Counted from the first letter of the stretch, positions 1 through 9,486 are shown. The stretch is DNA of 64,000 nucleotides from Thermoplasmatota archaeon (GCA_016927555.1 JAFGML010000021.1:9508-73507); one strand, 5' to 3'. Numbers and translations are program-made. Notes: generated by a model not told the origin, from the letters alone.

Positions 1-1361
1 CTGTCGCCATGGCCCAGATTTTAAACTACCACAACACGACCAACAACATCGCTTTTGATGATGGTGATGACTACTACCACAACTACGGTGGGAATCAGTA
101 CTGGATAGACAACGACTATCTGACCTACGATTTTCCCTCCTTCCCACAGCTGAACACGCACCTGACTTCCTTACAGTCCCATTACAGCAATCACATCCCA
201 CCAACCAACACAGAAAAAGCAGCCCTGGTATTTGCCTGTGGTGTCGCTGCACGTCAGGTGTACAACACAGGTGGCTCAGGGACCTTTGGTGTGAATCAAG
301 CTTATGACGCCTATCAGCGGTTCAATTATACCTCAGTCGAACTGATGAATGACAACAACCCTCTCTTGTACCCAAAACTCTCTCATAACATGATGGATGC
401 CCTCCCCGCGCATCTCGCAGTCGTCAACCCAACCTGGACCATGGGGCATAACCTTGTCATTGATGGGTACAACACCAACGACTACTACCATCTGAACTTC
501 GGCTGGGGTGGCTCCTACAATGGATGGTACTTACTCCCTGATGAAGTCCCCTATGGACTCACGGTCATAGAAGGAATCATTCTGAATATCTTGAAAGAGG
601 ATACCGGGGTTTCCGACTTATCAGGTGAAGGTCAGTTGAGCTGGACGAACGTCACACCAAACCACATGGTCACCGGTACATTCACTCTTGCAAACACCGG
701 TGAAGCAGGGTCCTACCTTGACTGGGCAGTTTTGGAATGGCCCAGCTGGGGCACGTGGACCTTCACCCCGCCTTTTGGGAACAACCTCACTCCGGAAGAC
801 GGCCCTGTCACTATCACAGCAAACGTGATTGCACCAAACGTGGAGAATCACCTCTTCACAGGAGAAGTGAAAGTCATCAATATCGATAACCAGAGCGATG
901 CTCTCATCATACCAGTGTCCCTTGATACGAGCATCAAGCTGGGGCCGGATCTCTCATGCGAGGGGGACTTAATCTGGACGAACGTGCGACCAGGCGCAAC
1001 CATCACCGCTAGCTTCACCGTGGAGAACGTAGGAAAAGCATTCTCGAATCTGAGCTGGGAGATTACCGGATGGCCTGACTGGGGAACCTGGACGATTCAG
1101 CCTCTCAGTGGGGAGGACCTCACCCCTGAGGACGGACCGGTCACCATTAATGTCAGCGTGGTTGCTCCGTGGAGATTCAATAGGCAATTCACTGGAGACA
1201 TCACCGTCGTGAACAGTGAGAACAGTAGTGATTACGAGACCGTCCCTGTATCGCTCGCGACACCGTACGCTCATCAGCCTCACATCATCGATTTCCTCCG
1301 AGTGCTCATGGACCGGTTTCCGCATGCGTTTCCCTTGCTTCGCCATCTCTTTTTCCATTAA
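1..1361 (+). CDS. Secreted peptidase C10 (streptopain-like) family protein, 5' end cut by the window edge, with two tandem beta-rich C-terminal domains
   Basis: The frame is open from nt 1, so the ATG at 9 is internal. AMAQILNYHN matches the segment just after the catalytic Cys of SpeB-like enzymes. GHNLVIDGY...HLNFGWGGSYNGWYLL is the C10 His/Trp block. Stop TAA at 1359-1361. Confidence 0.75.
   Translation, partial: VAMAQILNYHNTTNNIAFDDGDDYYHNYGGNQYWIDNDYLTYDFPSFPQLNTHLTSLQSHYSNHIPPTNTEKAALVFACGVAARQVYNTGGSGTFGVNQAYDAYQRFNYTSVELMNDNNPLLYPKLSHNMMDALPAHLAVVNPTWTMGHNLVIDGYNTNDYYHLNFGWGGSYNGWYLLPDEVPYGLTVIEGIILNILKEDTGVSDLSGEGQLSWTNVTPNHMVTGTFTLANTGEAGSYLDWAVLEWPSWGTWTFTPPFGNNLTPEDGPVTITANVIAPNVENHLFTGEVKVINIDNQSDALIIPVSLDTSIKLGPDLSCEGDLIWTNVRPGATITASFTVENVGKAFSNLSWEITGWPDWGTWTIQPLSGEDLTPEDGPVTINVSVVAPWRFNRQFTGDITVVNSENSSDYETVPVSLATPYAHQPHIIDFLRVLMDRFPHAFPLLRHLFFH
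615..1256 (+). repeat. Tandem duplication of a ~100-aa domain inside the C10 peptidase gene (615-923 and 948-1256)
   Basis: Residues 203-305 and 314-416 align end to end. Shared pattern: GEG.L.WTNV...WP.WGTWT..P..G..LTPEDGPVTI...V.AP....FTG...V.N..N.SD....PVSL. Confidence 0.8.
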
Positions 1362-1506
1362 ATTTTTTTAGAAACACAGGAGTGTTAAGGTGCAGTCCCA
1401 TCTGAGTACTCAGGCAGGAGTAGGACACCGGGATACCTAGTTGTATGAGTAGTTGAGTAGCTAGGTACAAAAACAATTTTTTAACTTCTACAGTGTACAG
1501 TGTCTG

Positions 1507-2205
1507 ATGGGATGCATACGTCGGAAATTCATGTTTATTGGAATTCTCATGCTTATTCTGAGTGTCGTGATTGCGACCCAGTATGCAACCACAAAAATCC
1601 CGTACTCATTTGGAATCGTGCATCCAAGTAATGCTGATATTCGCTTTGTGGGAGCAGACAACTCTTCTGCAGATGAGCCCCGTGCACTACGTATTCTTGA
1701 TAACAGTAGCGGGTCTCAGTACTATCAGCTCATGTTAGGAAATCATTCATTAGGGAATGTGAAGAATTATACTGCGGCATTCGCTATTGTGAACGAAGAG
1801 CAGTTCCCCATTAACATCACGTACATCAACGTTTCGGGGAATGGCTCAAGTTTTCTCTCGGTGTGGTTACATGGGAACCATACCACAGAAGCTGCGCTTG
1901 AGGAGTCCTCTGCGCGAATCCAGATGGTGGATAACGGTGTATCGCTCACCGACGCGAACACAAACGCCTGGATTCTTGCAGCGGGAAACGGTGATCCCTC
2001 AAACATGAATGGCACTGTGATTGAAACCGGCTGGGATGAAACAGCTCATGTCCGTTACAATGATACAACAATGGTTTTTTCTCGGAATACTAGCCGGGAC
2101 TGGATATGGGTACAGATTTCTATTTTCATTCCTATCGGAACCGAGATCATGCCACCGTATGAAGGGTCCATATGGATTCACTTCAAGGCTAGTACCCATG
2201 CGTAA
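1507..2205 (+). CDS. Hypothetical membrane-anchored or secreted protein, rich in N-glycosylation sequons
   Basis: 232-aa ORF with an N-terminal hydrophobic segment (FMFIGILMLILSVVIATQYA). At least ten N-x-S/T sequons. No family recognised with certainty. Confidence 0.55.
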   Translation: MGCIRRKFMFIGILMLILSVVIATQYATTKIPYSFGIVHPSNADIRFVGADNSSADEPRALRILDNSSGSQYYQLMLGNHSLGNVKNYTAAFAIVNEEQFPINITYINVSGNGSSFLSVWLHGNHTTEAALEESSARIQMVDNGVSLTDANTNAWILAAGNGDPSNMNGTVIETGWDETAHVRYNDTTMVFSRNTSRDWIWVQISIFIPIGTEIMPPYEGSIWIHFKASTHA

Positions 2206-2303
2206 ATGAAGGAGTGGCAAAGGAAAAATTTTCAAGCTTGGGAGATGGTTAATAAAGAATGTTGTGATATGTTGAGCACCGAGTCTTATGAACCACCAAT
2301 TGC

Positions 2304-3770
2304 GTGATGGGCGAAAGCGAGGGGGTGTGCGTGACGCGATTTCTGTTGATGTACCCTCCTCCTGAACCTTTTTTTATCAGGGCAACCAAGGTGTTTTATG
2401 GATTATCACCTCCGCTAGGACTCTTGTACTGCGCTGCGGTGCTTGAGAAGGAAGCAGATAAGGTGACCGTCCTGGATTTCTCCGCAGAACCGTATCGCGA
2501 CGAGATTCTCACCAAGGCATTGAAAGGGGTAGATGCAGTGGGTATGACTGTGGTCAGCACCTCTGTGCACCAAGCAGCACATCTTGTCAAAGTGATGAAA
2601 CAACACGACCCAGACCTCCCGGTCATTATTGGGGGTCCGCATAGTACGCTTCTCCCTGAACAATCCTTGGAAGAAACACACGCCGATATCAGCGTGCAGG
2701 GTGATGGTGAGACAGTCATCCTGGAAATTAAAAAAGCACTGGAGGGAGAAACACACCTCGGAGAAATCCCTGGTGTCACCTATCAGACAACGACAGGGAT
2801 ATACCATGGTCCTGCTGCGCAGGGGAATGATTCGCTTGACCATTGTGTCTTTCCAGCACGTCATCTTGTGAAACACTACGTGTACGGGCGTGAGTACAAC
2901 CCGCATCTCCGCGCCGGGGACTTCACGGCGATGCTCACGAGCCGGGGATGCCCCTATCAGTGTCGGTTCTGCTCACGAGGCTCGATGCGTCTGCAACGCT
3001 ATCAGACCCGATCCGTTGCTAGTATCATCGATGAATTACACGACATCGGCCAGCAAGGGTACCATCACATCGCTATCGTCGACGATTGTTTCCCTGCGAA
3101 CACAAAGTACGCCCATGAGCTGCTCGATGCCATCATCAAGGAACAGCTCTCGTTGAAGTTCTCGGTGACAGCAGCACGGGTTGACCTTGCTGATAGAGAG
3201 TTGTACGAAAAAATGAGGCAAGCGGGTGTGACTCATATTCAATTCGGGTTGGAATCAGGAAACCAAGACGTCCTTGATTTCTACCATAAGCATACGACGG
3301 TAGCAACCATTCGCACTGCAGTGCACCAGAGTGTGCAGGCAGGGTTGTTCACCACAGGTTCGTTTATCTTTGGTGCACCGTTTGAGACCCAGCAGCACTT
3401 CAACACGACGCTGTCGTTTGCACAATCACTCCCACTCCATTCAGTCTCGTTCCTCCCCTTACGATACATGATTGGATCAGCCCTCTGGCAGCACGCTGTC
3501 GCCGAAGGAAAGATTAAAGCGACTGAATACACGGTGGTTGCTGACAAGAAACGGGGATTAGGGCGATTTACCCAAGAAGAGTTAATGCGGTATTGTGCCT
3601 CAGCCCAACGAGCGTTTTACCTACGACCCGCGTTTGTTCACACTCTTCTGAAGACGTCTCTTCGAAACAGTGATATGACATTTATCCACTCGTATCTCTC
3701 CGTGTTGTTTTCTTCTTTTAAAAAAAATGGTGCACTCAAAGAACAGGGGGGAGAAAAGAGTGGACCTTGA
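2304..3770 (+). CDS. B12-binding domain radical SAM protein
   Basis: N-terminal cobalamin-binding-type domain (DAVGMTVVSTS...PVIIGGPH), then the radical SAM motif SRGCPYQCRFCS. GTG 2331 behind GAGGGGG is an alternative start. Confidence 0.8.
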   Translation: MMGESEGVCVTRFLLMYPPPEPFFIRATKVFYGLSPPLGLLYCAAVLEKEADKVTVLDFSAEPYRDEILTKALKGVDAVGMTVVSTSVHQAAHLVKVMKQHDPDLPVIIGGPHSTLLPEQSLEETHADISVQGDGETVILEIKKALEGETHLGEIPGVTYQTTTGIYHGPAAQGNDSLDHCVFPARHLVKHYVYGREYNPHLRAGDFTAMLTSRGCPYQCRFCSRGSMRLQRYQTRSVASIIDELHDIGQQGYHHIAIVDDCFPANTKYAHELLDAIIKEQLSLKFSVTAARVDLADRELYEKMRQAGVTHIQFGLESGNQDVLDFYHKHTTVATIRTAVHQSVQAGLFTTGSFIFGAPFETQQHFNTTLSFAQSLPLHSVSFLPLRYMIGSALWQHAVAEGKIKATEYTVVADKKRGLGRFTQEELMRYCASAQRAFYLRPAFVHTLLKTSLRNSDMTFIHSYLSVLFSSFKKNGALKEQGGEKSGP

Positions 3771-3834
3771 TTTTTCAATGTGACATTTTCACACCGTACT
3801 TTTAAATAGATTTATATGAAAAATAGAAGCATTT

Positions 3835-4884
3835 GTGGAGAGAACAGCGTGTATGCAGACAACATTGATAAGATACAAGAGAGGTATCATTCGTATTTCC
3901 TGGTGCCTCTTGTTCGCCTTGAATGGGTGGTTATTACACGCATCCTGTGAGGCAGTCTTTTTCCCCGACGTTCCATTCCTCGAGTTATTGATCACCAATC
4001 TCTCTCCTCAGGATCTCCTCCTCCGCCTTATTGTGAGTACCTGTTTTTTACTGTTTGGCCTGATGCTCTTCCAGAAAGTGTCGTATCAACAAAGACAGGG
4101 AGATAAACTCAGAAAAGACAATGAGATGCTCCGTGGGAAAAACACAGTCCTCGAACAGCACGTACACAATCAGACACAGGAGATTCAAACCCTCTTGAAA
4201 CAAAAGAACGAGCTCATCGTGGGTTTAAGTCATGATCTGAACACACCGTTGACGCCACTCATGGGGCTCCTACCACTGATCATCAAGCAGGAGAAAGACC
4301 CAAAACAAAGAGAGCTCCTCAAGTTCAGCCTGCGTAATCTCCACTACATTCGAAACATTGTCAGCAAGGCGATAGATCTTTCGTTACTTGACTCATCGAT
4401 TGTCGGGTTCACCAGAGAGAAGGTCTCCGTGTCAGCTGAACTCGATACTGTTCTTGAGAACAGAGCATACCTCTTACAGAAGCATCAACTCTGGGTGGAG
4501 AAGAGAATCACAGATGATCTCTTCGTGAACGCAGACAGACAGAAACTACGTGAGGTGTTGAACAATCTGCTCATGAATGCGATTCAGTACTCAGTATCTG
4601 CTGGAGGGGTGATTACCGTGGATGCGGTTTCGAAGAACGATTGTGTCATCGTCTCGATTGCCGATGCTGGGATGGGCCTGTCCCAAGAGCAACAGGACCA
4701 GCTGTTCGATGCATTATACAAAGGTGACTCTGCACGCACAGATCATGCAAACACGGGATTGAGTCTGCCGATTTGTAAACGAATTGTCGAGAAGCATGGG
4801 GGGACGATTTGGGTGGAAAGCCCTGGACCGGGGAAGGGCACCACCGTGTTTTTCACGCTTCCAGCATGGAAAGAGACAGCATAG
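3835..4884 (+). CDS. Membrane sensor histidine kinase
   Basis: N-terminal TM segments and a coiled coil. HisKA H-box SHDLNTPLTPL. HATPase_c boxes DAGMGL and GTGLSLPICKRIVEKHGGTIWVES. Confidence 0.85.
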   Translation: MERTACMQTTLIRYKRGIIRISWCLLFALNGWLLHASCEAVFFPDVPFLELLITNLSPQDLLLRLIVSTCFLLFGLMLFQKVSYQQRQGDKLRKDNEMLRGKNTVLEQHVHNQTQEIQTLLKQKNELIVGLSHDLNTPLTPLMGLLPLIIKQEKDPKQRELLKFSLRNLHYIRNIVSKAIDLSLLDSSIVGFTREKVSVSAELDTVLENRAYLLQKHQLWVEKRITDDLFVNADRQKLREVLNNLLMNAIQYSVSAGGVITVDAVSKNDCVIVSIADAGMGLSQEQQDQLFDALYKGDSARTDHANTGLSLPICKRIVEKHGGTIWVESPGPGKGTTVFFTLPAWKETA

Positions 4885-4935
4885 CTGCGCGGTGTCGAAA
4901 CGTTAAAAGTAGGTGCTACATTCTTGTGTACTTCT

Positions 4936-5385
4936 ATGATCATACGACGGGCACACCACCACGATGTGAAAGCCATTCAGACACACAACATCCTTCTTGC
5001 AGAGGAAACCGAAGGTGTGATCCTTCACCCAGACGTGACACTGAGAGGAGTGCAAGCGGTGCTAGCAGATGAGACAAAAGGATTCTATCTCATCGCAGAG
5101 GACAACAAGACAATCGTTGGTCAGATGCTCGTCACCAGAGAATGGAGCGATTGGCGGAACACGTGGATCTGGTGGATCGGGAGCATCTATGTCCAGAAAC
5201 CATGGAGGAACAGAGGAGTGTTTTCACGGCTCGTTCAGTCTGCAGAACAAGAGGCAAAGAGACAGAACGTCGCTTTTCTCCGGTTGTACGCCCATGAGCA
5301 GAACCGCCCTGCACTGCAGGTGTATACGAAACAGGGATGGGTACAAGAACCATATGTGATGTACATACGAGAGATTCAAGGTTGA
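4936..5385 (+). CDS. GNAT family N-acetyltransferase
   Basis: Acetyl-CoA binding-type motif QKPWRNRGVFSRLVQSAEQEAK and typical size. ATG 4936 preferred over the track's TTG 4924. Confidence 0.7.
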   Translation: MIIRRAHHHDVKAIQTHNILLAEETEGVILHPDVTLRGVQAVLADETKGFYLIAEDNKTIVGQMLVTREWSDWRNTWIWWIGSIYVQKPWRNRGVFSRLVQSAEQEAKRQNVAFLRLYAHEQNRPALQVYTKQGWVQEPYVMYIREIQG

Positions 5386-5466
5386 AAAAACAATAAGTAT
5401 TTTGTTTCCTATTCATTAACTTCGCTGGATACAAAAAGTAAGGCTTTGTTGACACAACTGGTATGA

Positions 5467-5495
5467 GAAACCCCTGGTAGGGTTCCAGGGGTTTC
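5467..5495. repeat. Perfect 11-bp inverted repeat (hairpin) GAAACCCCTGG-tagggtt-CCAGGGGTTTC
   Basis: Read directly from the sequence. Arms at 5467-5477 and 5485-5495 with a 7-nt loop. A second 6-bp hairpin (AATCGG/CCGATT) follows about 20 nt downstream. Confidence 0.9.
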
Positions 5496-5750
5496 CTGTG
5501 CCTCTATGTCGTCAAATCGGATCACGGTTCACCGATTTTCTTATGATAGAGGTACAGAAGCAAAGTGAGAAGAAGATTAAAAAATTTTTCTTTATCTACC
5601 CGGAGGAAAGGGAACACGTGTTTGTCGAAAAGAGTAATAGTAATATTAGGAGGAATCCGTCAGACTATGGATGCAAGTATGTACTCTAGTACGTACTCGA
5701 CTACAATAAAAGTTTATTAAAAAACATGCGCTTCACCTGTTGCAACTAGG

Positions 5751-6452
5751 ATGGAAGTGGATGGGACTATGACACAAGAAAACGAGAGTTTTCCATGGTT
5801 CTGGGATAAAAAGTTCAACACCGACATTTTTGGTGATATGGGAATCGGTGCCATGATTGTTTTTATCGCCATGGTGTTAGTCGCAGGGATCGCCGCATCA
5901 GTGATTATTCAAACTGCAAACCGGTTAGAGTCGCAAGCCATGGCAACAGGATTAGAAACACGCGGTGAAGTCAGTTCTGGCATTGGCGTTGTGGACATCG
6001 AAGGGCATCGAAGCGGTTCAGCCTTGAATTATCTGATGATTTCTGTGCGACCCCGCTCAGCATCAAACGCTATCAATCTAGGGACGTGCTACATAGAAAT
6101 ATCTGATGGCAATAGGAAATGTGTGTTGACGTACCTCGCCTCTGAGTTCCATGCAAAAACTGAAATCAGCGGCGATATGTACCAGGCGTCCTTTTTCGAT
6201 GGGTTGAATGCAACACGCTTCGGAGTCATCGTCATTGAGGATGCTGACAGTTCACTCTCAAGTACAAACCCGGCACTGACGAACGGAGATCAAGTGCGGT
6301 TAACCATTGATGTCTCTGATTGTTTCGGCGGTGGTGGGCTCTCATCAAGAACAGACGTGTTTGGGATGGTTCAACCTGAAGAAGGTTGTCCTGGGCCGTT
6401 TGGATTTCGGACACCTTTTTTAAATGCAAACACCCTGTATCTAGTCTACTAA
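5751..6452 (+). CDS. arlB: Archaellin (archaeal flagellin)
   Basis: Archaellin N-domain [33 protein letters not shown] after a leader. Size and beta-rich remainder are typical. The exact start (5751 or ATG 5769) is uncertain. Confidence 0.85.
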   Translation: MEVDGTMTQENESFPWFWDKKFNTDIFGDMGIGAMIVFIAMVLVAGIAASVIIQTANRLESQAMATGLETRGEVSSGIGVVDIEGHRSGSALNYLMISVRPRSASNAINLGTCYIEISDGNRKCVLTYLASEFHAKTEISGDMYQASFFDGLNATRFGVIVIEDADSSLSSTNPALTNGDQVRLTIDVSDCFGGGGLSSRTDVFGMVQPEEGCPGPFGFRTPFLNANTLYLVY

Positions 6453-6569
6453 AACAGTAGGACTTCATCAAACGATGAGTTAATTCTTAAAAAAAATGGT
6501 TTTTTCATAACGGCATCATGTGATTTTTCCACAACAGGTTTAAATACTATGAATGACAAAGAGTATCAT

Positions 6570-6672
6570 GCCTAGGGGCGGTGCCGGCGGCATTTGGTGC
6601 TGACTGGGCCGTCTTGGTAGGAGCCGCGCGGTATTTGGTACCTCGCCGGGCTCTTTCCTGGGCGTTTTTTTT
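6570..6672 (+). ncRNA. Candidate small structured RNA (GC-rich ~100-nt element between a TATA-like box and a T8 run)
   Basis: TTTAAATA at 6539-6546. A GC-rich block starts about 25 nt downstream, contrasting with AT-rich flanks. It contains two related sub-repeats (GCCGGCGGCATTTGGTGC and GCCGCGCGGTATTTGGTAC) and ends in T8 at 6665-6672. Class not identified. Confidence 0.3.
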
Positions 6673-6801
6673 ATGACACTCCAAGTGTTGTAGGAAGTTT
6701 TCTTATTAAGGTTGAACTGCTTTTCGATGAGGATCATAGAGGAGAAAGCCACTACATTTATATATCATAAAAACGTATTATAACATAGATATTAGGGGGT
6801 A

Positions 6802-9486
6802 TTGAAGATCTCGAAGACAATTTCGAACCAAACACTAGTGATAAGTATAGCTATCAGCTGCCTGCTTGTACCAGCTGCCACAATACAAATGCATACCGGT
6901 ATCACAACAGCTCAGGACCCAGGAACCAGGCTTCACCTGCAGTACACACTCAGTTTTTCTCCACAGGATATCGTGTTTGACACTGCCTTTGGGTATGATA
7001 CGGTTACATTCAAAGATGCTGGGTTCACCACCGAGGCAGGCAGTCCTCTTCTCCCCGTCCAGATGATGAGAGTAGCTCTCCCCGGCGATATGAGAGCAAC
7101 TGACGTGCAGATCCTCGAAAGCACTGAATATTCATTACCAGGTGAGTATCGGGTACTCCCGGCTCAACCATCACAGAAACTTAGTTTTGGGTACTACGGC
7201 ACCGAGCCGTATCCACCAAACCCTGAGGTCTATCAGTCACACCTCATCTATCCATCGAACATCATAGAACTCATCGACCATTGTGATCTCGCAGGACAAG
7301 CGATGGCGACACTTGCTGTGTACCCTGTTCGATACGTTCCTAGCCAAAAAACTCTCGTCATGCTCTCCTCAGTCACATTTCTCATCACCGCAGTACAGGG
7401 CTATCACTGCGGCGATTACCTCCCCATGGAAGTATCTAATGAGGAATACACATTGTATCAACACCTTGTTGAAGACCTCGTGATCAACACAGAAGACGTC
7501 GTGCTCCGCTCGTCAACCACGCCTCAGCCAAGCAGTGTTGAGCCTGGTGATTACGAGTATGTCATCATCACACAAGACAGCTGGGTGAGCGCCTTTCAAC
7601 CACTCGCTGACTGGAAGACACAGAAAGGAGTCCCTGCAACCATTGTGACCACCTCCTGGATCTACAACAGCGGAGGGTACAGCGGGACTAATGTTGAGAA
7701 ACTACGTTCGTTTGTACATGATGTCCACGACACCTGGGGCAGCCTGTTTGTCCTCCTCGGCGGTGATACCAGTGTCGTTCCCTGTCACTATCGGACGATT
7801 TCCTCTGTGGACCCTGAACCAATCGCGAATGATGCGTACTACGCTGACTATGATGACGACTGGGTCTGCGAAGTCCATGTTGGGCGAGCCTCGGTCACTG
7901 GCCCAGGCACAGCAGCTGGCCAGATCGGCAATTTCATCAACAAAATACTATCCTATGAGAAGAACCCACCGTTGACTGGTTTTGCGAAAACCGCAGGGTT
8001 CTTCGGCTTTGACCTCGATAGCTCTACCCCTGCTGAGAACTGTAAGATCTACATAGATAACAACTATCTCCCTTCAGGGTGGACGCTGACTACCGTCTAT
8101 GACAGCCAAGGGGGGAACCATAAGACCAACGTGATTAACGCCTTGAACGCAGGTCAGAACCTCATGAACCATGCGGATCACTGCGGGTCGGATTTCATGG
8201 GCACCGGGTACGTGAACCATTATGGCATGGGGCTAGGGAATAGTGATATGGATGCCTTATCCAATGGAAATAAACAAGGAATCCTTTACTCGATGGGATG
8301 CTGGCCTGCGGCCTACGATGAATCCAACTGTATCGCTGAGCACTTCGTCCGGGATGCGAATGGTGGTGGTATCGCATTTGTCGGCAACTCACGCTACGGC
8401 TGGTACAACCCCGGGTACACCAACACCTTGTCCATGAAGTATGACCGCTACTTCTTTAAGTCACTCTTCCAGGATGACTGGGACAACCTTGGCATCGTCT
8501 TCTCCGATCACAAGAACGATGCGTATCAAAGCGACAGTTATTACAAGTACTGTTACACGGAGCTGACCTTGCTTGGTGACCCTGAGCTGCCGATTTGGAA
8601 AGACAACCCGGTGAGCATGACTGCGTCCTTCCCCACGCAAATTGATACAGGGGCTCAAACCTTCACCGTCTCCGTCACCTCTGGTGGTAGCCCGGTGTAT
8701 CAAGCCGACGTCTGCCTCTGGAAAGGAACAGAAGTCTATCTCACGGGGACAACAAACAGTGCTGGTCAGAAAACGTTCTCCATCACACCAACTACCCAAG
8801 GGCAGCTATTCGTTACGGTCACCAAACACAACTACCTACCTTTCGAAGGCATCACCCTTGTGATGGGGGGCAACAACAATCCCCCTGCTACTCCAGCCAC
8901 GCCAACAGGACAAACCGCAGGGATCACCAACGAAGAGTATACGTATGCGACGAGTACCACTGACCCTGAGGGGGATCACGTGTGGTACCAGTGGAACTTC
9001 GGGGATTCGACAACAGACTGGCTCGGCCCCTATCCCTCAGGGACCCCAGTACAAGCGAGCCACACGTGGACGGCTCCTGGGACGTACTACGTGAAAGTCA
9101 AAGCCAAAGACCTCTTCGAGTATGAGAGCAGCTGGTCGACGAGCCTGCCTGTGACTGTCACTGAAGCAAAACCGAACCTGACCATAGGCACACTCACCGG
9201 TGAACTCGTTGGAGTGTCCACCCTCTTGAAGAACAACGGCAATGCTGATGCCACGAATGTCCACTGGAGCATCACACTCTCTGGTGGTGGATTCCTCCTT
9301 GCTGGACAGTCCAGTGCAGGGACCATCCCAACGCTGCAGCAGGGTGACCAGAGCCGCCTTCAGGATTCACCCCTCCTCGGGTTCGGGGAAGTCACCATCA
9401 CGGTGAAGGTCCAGGCGGATGGCGTACCTGAGGTGACGAAAACCGCACAGGGGTTCGTACTGTTCATCTTTGTCATCCTCTACTAA
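6802..9486 (+). CDS. Secreted peptidase C25 (gingipain-like) family protein with a PKD domain and C-terminal hydrophobic tail
   Basis: TTG start behind AGGGGGT, with a signal-like N-terminus. C25-type blocks: YVIITQDSW...PLADWKTQKGVPATIV, LLGGDTSVVPCH, NHADHCGSD, GCWPAAYD. PKD motif WNFGDS...HTWTAPGTYYVKVKAKD. Confidence 0.8.
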   Translation: MKISKTISNQTLVISIAISCLLVPAATIQMHTGITTAQDPGTRLHLQYTLSFSPQDIVFDTAFGYDTVTFKDAGFTTEAGSPLLPVQMMRVALPGDMRATDVQILESTEYSLPGEYRVLPAQPSQKLSFGYYGTEPYPPNPEVYQSHLIYPSNIIELIDHCDLAGQAMATLAVYPVRYVPSQKTLVMLSSVTFLITAVQGYHCGDYLPMEVSNEEYTLYQHLVEDLVINTEDVVLRSSTTPQPSSVEPGDYEYVIITQDSWVSAFQPLADWKTQKGVPATIVTTSWIYNSGGYSGTNVEKLRSFVHDVHDTWGSLFVLLGGDTSVVPCHYRTISSVDPEPIANDAYYADYDDDWVCEVHVGRASVTGPGTAAGQIGNFINKILSYEKNPPLTGFAKTAGFFGFDLDSSTPAENCKIYIDNNYLPSGWTLTTVYDSQGGNHKTNVINALNAGQNLMNHADHCGSDFMGTGYVNHYGMGLGNSDMDALSNGNKQGILYSMGCWPAAYDESNCIAEHFVRDANGGGIAFVGNSRYGWYNPGYTNTLSMKYDRYFFKSLFQDDWDNLGIVFSDHKNDAYQSDSYYKYCYTELTLLGDPELPIWKDNPVSMTASFPTQIDTGAQTFTVSVTSGGSPVYQADVCLWKGTEVYLTGTTNSAGQKTFSITPTTQGQLFVTVTKHNYLPFEGITLVMGGNNNPPATPATPTGQTAGITNEEYTYATSTTDPEGDHVWYQWNFGDSTTDWLGPYPSGTPVQASHTWTAPGTYYVKVKAKDLFEYESSWSTSLPVTVTEAKPNLTIGTLTGELVGVSTLLKNNGNADATNVHWSITLSGGGFLLAGQSSAGTIPTLQQGDQSRLQDSPLLGFGEVTITVKVQADGVPEVTKTAQGFVLFIFVILY

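Noticed and set aside
621-1358. Antisense or alternative-frame ORFs overlapping well-supported genes, found here and throughout the track (for example 621-851, 969-1358, 2396-2906, 8461-8799, 29803-30135, 39434-39829, 52630-53202)
   Set aside because: They lie entirely inside longer ORFs that carry recognisable family motifs on the other strand or frame. Their products are low-complexity or compositionally odd. They lack SD sites.
4882-4936. The histidine kinase and the GNAT gene share a frame and are separated only by TAG (possible pyrrolysine or readthrough fusion)
   Set aside because: TAG terminates several other well-defined genes in the window (for example 18112, 20056, 24942, 25579, 29996). 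The GNAT gene has its own ATG. Same-frame adjacency has a one-in-three chance.
6540-6752. 70-aa minus-strand ORF across the GC-rich element, and a C/D-box sRNA interpretation of the element
   Set aside because: The ORF product is Pro/Arg-rich with no start context. No proper C (RUGAUGA) and D (CUGA) box pair exists at the spacing of archaeal C/D sRNAs.
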